The translations under genes were made by a program, and so were the position numbers. Under the pieces are notes generated by a model that was not told where the DNA came from, did not search any database, and saw only the letters and a program-made list of their open reading frames with translations. A DNA stretch of 56,409 bases, from the IMG/VR virus record IMGVR_UViG_3300023105_000040, positions 1 to 56,409 of that record; one strand, given 5' to 3'. Of this stretch, positions 48,954 through 56,409 are shown in pieces (position 1 is the stretch's first letter; the number at the start of each line of letters is the position of its first letter). The DNA is from a virus (taxonomy: Duplodnaviria > Caudoviricetes).

Positions 48954-49362
48954 AGCCTTTACTCCCTCGTTGTGAGGAACCCAATTCTTCTCTTAACTGT
49001 AAAGATATGATAGGAACCTCTTGGAATATCATCTGCGCGATTCTATCCCCACGATTTATTTCTACATCTTCATCAGAAGTATTGTATAAACAAACCATGA
49101 TCTCTCCTCTGTAGCCAGCGTCTACAACGCCAGCCAATACATCTATACCTTTATTTACGGATAGTCCAGATCTGGGCCAAATCAACCCGCCTAAATTATC
49201 TGGCATGTCTAGGCTAATCCCGGTTTTAATTGTTGTTCGTTTATTTGCAAATATAAATTTATCTTCATCGGCATATAAATCAAATCCAGCGTCTGTTCTG
49301 TTAGATTTAGTTGGTACGTGAGCGGTTTCTGTTAAATATTTAAATCCTACAAAGTCCATCAT
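48934..49362 (-). CDS. dut: Trimeric dUTPase
   Basis: AGFDL, PRSGLS, GVVDAGYRGEI, GDRIAQ, RGSKGFGSTG. Confidence 0.96.
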   Translation of the reverse strand: MMDFVGFKYLTETAHVPTKSNRTDAGFDLYADEDKFIFANKRTTIKTGISLDMPDNLGGLIWPRSGLSVNKGIDVLAGVVDAGYRGEIMVCLYNTSDEDVEINRGDRIAQMIFQEVPIISLQLREELGSSQRGSKGFGSTGK

Positions 49363-49378
49363 TAATTTTCTCCTAGTA

Positions 49379-51577
49379 TTAGCGAATTTCGCAAGATCCT
49401 CCAGAGCAGGCCCACTCTTGCTCTGCTTTTACGTTGTTTTCCTCTTCGATAACTTGAGTGTAATCTACTTCTTTATATTCACGGTTCATGTCTAGCCAAT
49501 TTTTCCAGTTGTAAACGTCTTTCATGCAATATGTTAACAGCTTGAGGTCGCCGTTCATATATCTATCTGCAAATCTTTGGCATCTATCTCGGTATTCTTT
49601 TTTTTCTGAACCTTTAATCTTTTGACCAACTCCTAATAGACTGTCACAAGCCGCCCATAAATTGTCTTCATAAAGAGAAAGACCTACTTCAATTAAGCCG
49701 CTTACGAATACTGCTGCGTCTCCGTAGTGTTGTATCTGTTCACTAGGTAAATACACTGTTGTGAATGGAGCTTGTGCATAATCTTTATCGCCAGCAATTG
49801 GTAGCAGCGAAACACCGCAAAAATACTGGCGATTATCGTAAATAAATTCTGTCACAGCGTCCCACTCTTCTGGCTTAACATTAATAGTATTGGAAACATT
49901 ATGTGTTAGCCACTTTTGTGTGCATTGTTCTGGATTTGTCCCGCTCATTACCCAGCTTTGCTGTGTGCTTTTGACGTATTCTAGTAAATCTATGGCCCCA
50001 AGCTGATTTTTAATCTTAGAACCGTCTGGAACTTCTACGCAAAACGCTACAACGTCATCCGAATCGTTATTAGACCATACGGACTCCTCGCAGGCTCTAG
50101 GATTTATTGTTTTAAAATACTGGTAGATCGGTTCCATTTTATTTGCTTGGACTCTACGGATGTATCTCTTGGCGTGATGGGGGTGTATACCGGAAGATGT
50201 TCCAAGAATACAACTAGACGTACCCTCTGGCTTAACACAGGTAGTACGTGCGGCCTTATTGATACCAATTAGCTTTGCTATTCTTTCGTTAGTTTTCTTT
50301 ACTATTTCTGCACCCTTCTTCTGAACTTTCGGGTCTAGACAGATTTCATGCTGTTCCATAATGCCCGTCATTGACACGCCCAGTAGAGCCTCGCGGCTGA
50401 TAATATTCTCAGAAGCCTTGCCAAGATAAGGGAAGTCAGTAAAGCCTGCTTGTAAAGTGCCAATAATAGCGGCAGACTCACAAGCTGCGTAGAAATCTTC
50501 TACAGTTTTAACTTTAGCACAGTTAATTGTAGAAAGATTGCAGGCTTGCCATCCGCTTTCGCCCGTTGTTTCATCTACGGGCCACATGCCAATTTCCACG
50601 CATGGATTTACAATAAGCTCTGTAGAGTCAGACCATACGAATCCGGGTTCTCCAAATTCTTTTACTGATTGCATCAGTTCACTGAACTGTTTCTTTGACG
50701 TTTTTTTTCGTAGTAATAATGCTGAGTTATTTGATCGTCCTCTTTGTGGATTATCAATGAACCATGAACCAGTTTTAGCCTTTGCCATTTCTTCGTCGTC
50801 GGCAGAGAAAAGACAAATTGTAGCACTACGCCTCACGCCACCGCTAATCACGGCATCAGCACCAAACATGACAATATCGTATGCTTCAATAGGTTTAATT
50901 TTATCGCGGCCCTCTTTAATAATATTGTCTAGGACTTTCTTAATGCTTGTCAGAGCTTTCTTGAGAGGATCTGGTCCGGGAGCTTTGCCCCCACTGGATT
51001 TTAGGTATGCTCCAGCTGGTCTAATATTTGTGTAATCAAAAGTTACGTTCTTGCCATTATATTCTGGGAAAAGGTTGCATTTTTTAAAATAACTTGAAAC
51101 TAATACACCTACGGCATCAGACCAACCCTCAATAGAATCTTCAATAACAAATTTTTTATATCCTTCTTTTGATTTAACGATCTTTGGCAGCTTATCAATA
51201 TGATGCTTCTGAACAGAAAACCCAGTGCCGCATCCACATAATAATAAATACATGCACTCTTGGAAGAAACGTACTCTGTCTGTATAAGACGCAATGCAAT
51301 TATAGATTCTGGCGTTGTGCTTGAAAACTGGAGCGCCACCAAACTGCAAAGCTCGTTGAGAACCAAGAATCTTTTTCTTCCTCATGTCCTCATATGCTTG
51401 AGATATTGCATCTTTAACGTCTAAAAAATTGTCATTATGGGGGTCTACGTATTTGTCAAGCATCATTTGCTTAACTCTGTCAACTGATTCCTGCCAAGTT
51501 TCTCTTCTCTTTTTTTCTGGACACCATCTTGCATATTTAGATACGAACGTATAGTTCATCAATGACTTTATTGACAT
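49379..51577 (-). CDS. nrdJ: Class II (adenosylcobalamin-dependent) ribonucleotide reductase
   Basis: YNCIA, GGVRRSA, NPCVEI (thiyl Cys), CNLS, TCVKPEGTSS, C-terminal ACSGGSCE; no R2 subunit in the window. Confidence 0.9.
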   Translation of the reverse strand: MSIKSLMNYTFVSKYARWCPEKKRRETWQESVDRVKQMMLDKYVDPHNDNFLDVKDAISQAYEDMRKKKILGSQRALQFGGAPVFKHNARIYNCIASYTDRVRFFQECMYLLLCGCGTGFSVQKHHIDKLPKIVKSKEGYKKFVIEDSIEGWSDAVGVLVSSYFKKCNLFPEYNGKNVTFDYTNIRPAGAYLKSSGGKAPGPDPLKKALTSIKKVLDNIIKEGRDKIKPIEAYDIVMFGADAVISGGVRRSATICLFSADDEEMAKAKTGSWFIDNPQRGRSNNSALLLRKKTSKKQFSELMQSVKEFGEPGFVWSDSTELIVNPCVEIGMWPVDETTGESGWQACNLSTINCAKVKTVEDFYAACESAAIIGTLQAGFTDFPYLGKASENIISREALLGVSMTGIMEQHEICLDPKVQKKGAEIVKKTNERIAKLIGINKAARTTCVKPEGTSSCILGTSSGIHPHHAKRYIRRVQANKMEPIYQYFKTINPRACEESVWSNNDSDDVVAFCVEVPDGSKIKNQLGAIDLLEYVKSTQQSWVMSGTNPEQCTQKWLTHNVSNTINVKPEEWDAVTEFIYDNRQYFCGVSLLPIAGDKDYAQAPFTTVYLPSEQIQHYGDAAVFVSGLIEVGLSLYEDNLWAACDSLLGVGQKIKGSEKKEYRDRCQRFADRYMNGDLKLLTYCMKDVYNWKNWLDMNREYKEVDYTQVIEEENNVKAEQEWACSGGSCEIR

Positions 51578-51609
51578 CGATCACCATCTTCCTTTTTTTA
51601 AGTAATGAT

Positions 51610-52239
51610 TTAGAAATATTTTTCAAGCAATCTCACAATAATGAATCTAGCAACTGCTGGTATTATAATGAATACCAAGAGATATGTCAATATTACGGAC
51701 CCATATTTTTTTTCTTTCGCGTTTTCCCTTACGTTTTCTACTACAAAATCATAGCACTGGCGTTTCAATTCTTTTCTTTTTGCTGGTCCAGAATCGCAAA
51801 ATCCACCAGACTGACTAACTATTGTAGCCCATTCCGTCGCGTATTGCAAGCAGTCTTTAGCGATTTTTCTTTTTGTTTCGTCAGAATATTTTTCTTCAAT
51901 TTCTTTTTCTATGTCATATTGTCCAGCATAAGTAAGGTGGTCTAGAAAATTCAATATACTGGATTTATCGTAGCCAAAACTAATATCTGGGAAGTTTTTA
52001 AGCCTAACGGTTCCACCTTCTTTTCTGAACACTAATTGCTCAATGTACGCATAAAGCGTGATGAGTCTTGTGATTTCTGCTCTTGGGTAATTAGTCCCAA
52101 AACTTATAGTTGTTGTTTCGTCTTCATTGTAGACATTTGCGACGAGGGGGCTTTCTGATTTGATCTTAAATCCATTTACGCTAAAACCTTCATCGCTAAA
52201 GATTTTAAATAGAATTTTACTTATTTCTTTTGGTGACAT
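51610..52239 (-). CDS. Hypothetical protein with C-terminal transmembrane helix
   Basis: YGSVILTYLLVFIIIPAVARFII. Confidence 0.6.
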   Translation of the reverse strand: MSPKEISKILFKIFSDEGFSVNGFKIKSESPLVANVYNEDETTTISFGTNYPRAEITRLITLYAYIEQLVFRKEGGTVRLKNFPDISFGYDKSSILNFLDHLTYAGQYDIEKEIEEKYSDETKRKIAKDCLQYATEWATIVSQSGGFCDSGPAKRKELKRQCYDFVVENVRENAKEKKYGSVILTYLLVFIIIPAVARFIIVRLLEKYF

Positions 52240-52240
52240 T

Positions 52241-52708
52241 TTAGTTCTCCCGCAGTAATGTCCAAGCTATACCAGCAAAGTATTGAGAAAGCATTTCTTT
52301 TTCTTCTTGGTTGACAGAATGGTTTTCATCAGTTAAAATTTCTTCCATTAACTTTACGATATTTTCTGCAAGACCTTCGTACTTTCCTACTAAAGTTTTA
52401 TCGAAAACGATTTTTCCAGCTAGAGAATATACATCATTAACCTGCTGAGAAGTGGTTTCATAACCAACTATTCTCTGAGAAAACTCATAATTAAATACTG
52501 CTATTTTTTCTCTATCTTCTTTGTTGGTAATTAATTCTGAAAAAATCGCAACCCTATCTCTAATTTCTTCCGTGGGTGTTTTTATATCTAATATTTTAAC
52601 TTCCGGCTTAACAATAACCGGAATAACAATATTGTCAATTTTATCAAGCAATCCATTGCCAAACACTGAATAAAATAAAAGTAATAAAGCTAGTATTTTT
52701 TTGTTCAT
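52241..52708 (-). CDS. Hypothetical protein with N-terminal signal/anchor
   Basis: MNKKILALLLLFYSVFG; RBS GGAGGAG. Confidence 0.6.
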   Translation of the reverse strand: MNKKILALLLLFYSVFGNGLLDKIDNIVIPVIVKPEVKILDIKTPTEEIRDRVAIFSELITNKEDREKIAVFNYEFSQRIVGYETTSQQVNDVYSLAGKIVFDKTLVGKYEGLAENIVKLMEEILTDENHSVNQEEKEMLSQYFAGIAWTLLREN

Positions 52709-52709
52709 G

Positions 52710-52976
52710 CTACTCCTCCGTGTTTAGGAGAGGAAATACCTCATCGATTTTATGAATCGCTTCTGTTAATTTTAGTGTTTCGCATTGATTTTTAAGAGTA
52801 TGCCAAGATTCTACAACTTGAATAAAAGAAATTTCTTTCTTTTTCCCCCACGAAGGCATTCTTATGTCTCCAATTTTTCCTAATTTATGTGTCAACCATG
52901 AAAAATCCCAACTCGTAACTAGTATGCCAGCGGCTAAAATGATTGCCACCATCCTAAAAAGGCTTTCGTTGTCCAT
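52710..52976 (-). CDS. Small membrane protein
   Basis: MVAIILAAGILVTSW hydrophobic helix. Confidence 0.6.
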   Translation of the reverse strand: MDNESLFRMVAIILAAGILVTSWDFSWLTHKLGKIGDIRMPSWGKKKEISFIQVVESWHTLKNQCETLKLTEAIHKIDEVFPLLNTEE

Positions 52977-52978
52977 AT

Positions 52979-53341
52979 TTACTCCAGTGCGTTTAGTGGT
53001 TTGATGATAATATCTTTTCCAAATTTGCTACCGTGATAAGGGCAGACGGTTTTATGTCCATCTCCTTGAATGATTACTCCGCTTCCTTTGCAGATGCATT
53101 TTTTTGGATCTTCGTGTGGGCCAACTATATCTGGAGTTGGCTTGATGTTGTAAATTTTGATTTCCGCTTCATCGAAAGCTGTTGAAACTTTTTCTTTAAA
53201 TTCTGACAATAAAACTTCACCACTATAGCCAAAGCTGTTTACATTGCCTCCGTCTATTCGTTCTTCTGCTTTCTTGACGAAATGCAGAGTGATAGCAATA
53301 GATATTAAACTAATAAAAACAAGTTCCAAAAATCTTTTCAT
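52979..53341 (-). CDS. Membrane-anchored protein with a DnaJ-like metal-binding motif
   Basis: N-terminal TM helix; CICKGSGVIIQGDGHKTVCPYH. Confidence 0.6.
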   Translation of the reverse strand: MKRFLELVFISLISIAITLHFVKKAEERIDGGNVNSFGYSGEVLLSEFKEKVSTAFDEAEIKIYNIKPTPDIVGPHEDPKKCICKGSGVIIQGDGHKTVCPYHGSKFGKDIIIKPLNALE

Positions 53342-53559
53342 GGAGTTCCTCCGTCTACTGCGTTGTAGTAAGCAACGTCATCAAATCTGGATGTTAATAA
53401 AGTTTCTAGTTCCGCATATGTCATGCTAGTTTCATATGTTGCGTCAATGGTGTGAAAAGATCCCGTTGGTGTACATGTGACTACGCATGTTCCGTTTTTT
53501 GCCGCCTCGATTGAGGTGTTAGGATTTGTTACTACGTCTGTTGTGTTTACTATTGCCAT
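53338..53559 (-). CDS. Small hypothetical protein, possibly virion-associated
   Basis: Start moved to MAIVNTT (ATG 53559) after an AAGGAG RBS. Confidence 0.55.
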   Translation of the reverse strand: MAIVNTTDVVTNPNTSIEAAKNGTCVVTCTPTGSFHTIDATYETSMTYAELETLLTSRFDDVAYYNAVDGGTP

Positions 53560-53575
53560 AAAATTCTCCTTTTTA

Positions 53576-54193
53576 TTAAGTTTCGTAACAATTGCATGTG
53601 CCGTCTTCACACGTTGGGACTGAGTTCGTTACACAGTCTGTAGATTCTTCAGCTCCAGAGCTAGGCTCAGAGGCGGGTTCTTCGCAAGTGCATCCAGTAG
53701 CACAACTGTTGGACACCTCCTGCCAATAATATACGCCATTGGGACAAACGCCGCCATAGTCGTCAGGATTATAATCTCTACACTCGGCTATGTAGCTGCA
53801 TGTACCCGTGCATGACCCACATAATTCGCCATACTCTGAAGTTACAGATTCACACAACGTATTCCCCCCTGACTGGTAGCATTGGCAACATTCGACCGGT
53901 CCTATCGTCGTTGTCGGGGGAGGCGTGGTGGTTGCGGTGGGATTGCAGTCACATGTGCCGTCAGGGCATAGCGGGGATGAGTTCGAATTACAGAGTTCAG
54001 CATTATCTTCAGTTACAGGCTCACAAATGGTATCATTTCCAACTTGAGTGCAGACGCAACATAGAAATTCAGTATCGTCGTTGTTGTTGCTGGTGTAAAT
54101 GTCAACAAGGTTTTCACCTATAATAACACTTTCTAGCTGCTGTTCGCCTTTGTAAACTTCTACTGGTTGATCGCCAAGATAAATTGGTGGCAT
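53576..54193 (-). CDS. Cys-rich putative fibre-tip/adhesin protein
   Basis: N-terminal IYLGDQPVEVYKGEQQL adaptor-like motif, duplicated Cys-rich module, Thr/Pro linker; RBS GAGGAG. Confidence 0.55.
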   Translation of the reverse strand: MPPIYLGDQPVEVYKGEQQLESVIIGENLVDIYTSNNNDDTEFLCCVCTQVGNDTICEPVTEDNAELCNSNSSPLCPDGTCDCNPTATTTPPPTTTIGPVECCQCYQSGGNTLCESVTSEYGELCGSCTGTCSYIAECRDYNPDDYGGVCPNGVYYWQEVSNSCATGCTCEEPASEPSSGAEESTDCVTNSVPTCEDGTCNCYET

Positions 54194-54206
54194 TATTTTC
54201 TCCTCA

Positions 54207-54863
54207 TCATGGCACGAAGTATATGGTGTTGGGATCTTTAACTATGTTGTCATAAGTGTCTTGACTAACAATAACAAGATTGTTTACCGATTCAACAGAG
54301 ACCGTTCCTGTCCCGCTGTAGGAATTCAAAATTGGCCTTGTGTTTGAAGGAATTCCTCTTTTGGTAACGATCCACTTGCTTAAATTTCCGTCATAAATTA
54401 AGTCAACTTGCTCGTCTGGATAAACAACAATGCCAACGCCGTTTGTCATGTATAATTGATTAGCTGACGCACTGTTTGGATTTTGATATGGTAAAGATAT
54501 CTTGTTAGAATCAGACGTGTTAATAATGCTAAACTTAGATGGCGTATAGCTTGCGTTGATCCCTCTTATGGTTAGAATTGGAGAAGATGGAGACACTTGG
54601 AGAACATCAACAGAAGAGCTTGGTGTCCAATCGTCTATATTTCCAGTTAGTCCCGTAATTTCTGCTGTTGTATAACTGACGCTAACACTTCCGGCAGACA
54701 TTCCAGTAAGGGAAGACCAAGCGTCTACACCGTTTCCAACCTTTAATATGTCGTTGGTTGTATCGTATCCCGGCTCACCTTTTCCCAATACCGGATTGGA
54801 AGTAGACCAATCGTTGGCTGTTCCTCTTCTAAATTGTATTCTTGTTTCTGTGTAGTCTGCCAT
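54207..54863 (-). CDS. Tail fibre-like protein with Mtd/hyaluronidase-type N-terminal anchor
   Basis: QFRRGTANDWSTSNPVLGKGEPGYDTTNDILKVGNGVDAWSSL; C-terminal SQDTYDNIVKDPNTIYFV. Confidence 0.75.
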   Translation of the reverse strand: MADYTETRIQFRRGTANDWSTSNPVLGKGEPGYDTTNDILKVGNGVDAWSSLTGMSAGSVSVSYTTAEITGLTGNIDDWTPSSSVDVLQVSPSSPILTIRGINASYTPSKFSIINTSDSNKISLPYQNPNSASANQLYMTNGVGIVVYPDEQVDLIYDGNLSKWIVTKRGIPSNTRPILNSYSGTGTVSVESVNNLVIVSQDTYDNIVKDPNTIYFVP

Positions 54864-54873
54864 TTATGCGCCC

Positions 54874-55896
54874 TTATGTTGTTTTGTAAGCTCTCCATCT
54901 ACTTGCGGAATTGTCATAAACTAACTTAAATCCAGCTTGAGGCTCAACGGTTACGCTAGACCCTGTTGTGGTTAAAATGCTATTTTCGTTTCCTCCAACG
55001 TCGTTGGTTAAAGTTATATCATTAACTCCCACGTTGTAAATTTCTATTTTTCCGTTTCCGTATGTTGCGTCTACGCTATTCAGTGTTAACGCTGCTGTCG
55101 TTGTTAAGGATATAAAGTCGGCAACGACATTAGGAGTCCAGTTACTATAGCTGCCAGATCCCACGGCAATCAAGGTGGAAGAAAATCTTTGACTTACAAA
55201 ACTTAATTGTCCAGATCCATCTGTTTGTAGTAACTGATTAGCAGATCCGTCAGAAGTGGGCAAGGAATATCCACCGACTGTAATCTTCTCACATATAACA
55301 TGGTTGGGAACATCGTTAGTTCTCATTATGCTGGAAACTATAATAGAACCAGAATTTCCACCGCTAACTTTGCCCACCTTTCCAACATTTTGAATAAGAT
55401 TTCCTACTCCGGTTGGTTTCGCCGTAGTAAGACCACCTCCAGCTTTTACGTATAAAACTGATCCCGTTGAGGGGGTAGAATTATCTATGGGGTCAGTTGA
55501 TATATGTTTAAGGCCTCCCCCGACTATAGCGTAGCCTTGAGAATTATTACTTAAATCAGCGTCTAACAACCCTATAGCTGGCATTGTTGAGGCGTTAGAT
55601 GCGTCTGCTTTAGATACCTCAAATACTTCAGTCGCCCCAACGGTTCCCGTAATATAAACAGGAGTTCCTTTAGTAAGCGTGTCGCCTGAAGTGTTTTTAA
55701 CATTTATTTGTACGTGTTCTGCATATCCAGTTTCGTTTAATATGGGAAGGTCATTCACTATGTCTTGACCGTTGCCAATCACAAACCTGTTGTCATCCAT
55801 TACATAGCAGGGTTCGCCACTGGCTAAGACAATGTTACTAGCTTGAAAATCAGATAGATTTCCCCTACGCATTTGAAAAACAGAATGTTGTCTCAT
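54874..55896 (-). CDS. Tail fibre-like protein with Mtd-type N-terminal anchor
   Basis: QMRRG...NIVLASGEPCY...IGNG; VKNTSGDTLTKGTPVYI domain; LPTSDGSANQLLQTDGSGQLSF linker. Confidence 0.72.
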   Translation of the reverse strand: MRQHSVFQMRRGNLSDFQASNIVLASGEPCYVMDDNRFVIGNGQDIVNDLPILNETGYAEHVQINVKNTSGDTLTKGTPVYITGTVGATEVFEVSKADASNASTMPAIGLLDADLSNNSQGYAIVGGGLKHISTDPIDNSTPSTGSVLYVKAGGGLTTAKPTGVGNLIQNVGKVGKVSGGNSGSIIVSSIMRTNDVPNHVICEKITVGGYSLPTSDGSANQLLQTDGSGQLSFVSQRFSSTLIAVGSGSYSNWTPNVVADFISLTTTAALTLNSVDATYGNGKIEIYNVGVNDITLTNDVGGNENSILTTTGSSVTVEPQAGFKLVYDNSASRWRAYKTT

Positions 55897-55897
55897 T

Positions 55898-56409
55898 TTA
55901 CGTTACGATATATAATGTATTTGGGTCATATGTAGAAAGTGCGTCGTATTCAGCTTGTGTTAATGATAATATTTTTGTCGCTTGACCAACGCCATACACA
56001 AGCCATCTTGAGTATACGTTATCATAAGTTAGAGTAGCACTATCGCCGCTATTTAATACTATATCTCCTTGTGGCATGTTATAGAATCTATTTTCTGCTG
56101 TTGCTGTAGAACTGTCTTGCTTAAGCGTTATGGTGAATGTGCCAAAGTTATTAATGGTAATTTGTTTCTTTGAAACGTGTGACTGATCTAGTCCGTGAAT
56201 AATAACGTCGGCGGTGGTTGTCACCCTTAAAACATCTGCAACTTCGCTTGGTTGCCAATTAGAATATGGTCCAGCTCCCAAACTAAAGTGATTTGCAGTT
56301 TGCTCAACAGAAGAGCCTCCAGTCCCAATGGGAGATAACTCAGACCAAGTTTTTGTTCCATCTCCAATTTTAAGCGTATTCGTGTCGGTGGCTATTGCTG
56401 GCTCACCTC
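55898..56409 (-). CDS. Tail fibre-like protein, 5'-truncated
   Basis: Frame is open to the window edge (GEPAIATDTNTLKIGDGTKTWSEL...); C-terminal LTQAEYDALSTYDPNTLYIVT. Confidence 0.75.
   Translation of the reverse strand, partial: GEPAIATDTNTLKIGDGTKTWSELSPIGTGGSSVEQTANHFSLGAGPYSNWQPSEVADVLRVTTTADVIIHGLDQSHVSKKQITINNFGTFTITLKQDSSTATAENRFYNMPQGDIVLNSGDSATLTYDNVYSRWLVYGVGQATKILSLTQAEYDALSTYDPNTLYIVT

Noticed and set aside
50538-51945. Plus-strand ORFs of 165 and 127 aa, and similar short antisense ORFs throughout the window
   Set aside because: Shadows of well-supported genes on the opposite strand, with no RBS or recognisable motifs.
54207-56409. Diversity-generating retroelement suggested by Mtd-like N-termini
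   Set aside because: No reverse transcriptase, template/variable repeat pair or C-type lectin tip is visible in the window.
1-56409. Alternative genetic code, tRNA genes or prophage attachment features
   Set aside because: Conserved genes are full length in the standard code with TAA, TAG and TGA all used as stops. Intergenic gaps are too short for tRNAs, and no integrase or host-like flank is seen.

Overview
AT-rich, gene-dense segment of a large tailed dsDNA bacteriophage, probably aquatic; the host cannot be determined here. Positions 1-23.6 kb (+ strand) are a virion/tail module: a probable tape-measure C-terminus, a LamG-like protein, a 2495-aa FG-GAP propeller protein, hub-like proteins and a gene pair probably joined by a -1 frameshift. 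This module converges at a bidirectional terminator (~23.7 kb) with a - strand block. In transcription order that block holds three modular tail-fibre paralogues, small membrane proteins, class II RNR, dUTPase, PhoH, RecA, DnaB, DnaG, dNMP kinase, a Cas4-like nuclease, a GT2, a family C DNA polymerase (DnaE) split into two intein-less genes with a DEDDh exonuclease and a putative endonuclease between them, SSB, an 8-gene glycosylation cluster (four apparently intact GTs followed by four degenerate-looking enzyme folds), an endonuclease and an annealase. The best candidates for new biology are the split polymerase locus, the glycosylation cluster, the frameshift site and the propeller with a ~1000-aa insertion. 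No tRNA, rRNA, CRISPR array, intein or integrase was seen. All product calls come from motif recognition by eye; no database searches were run.
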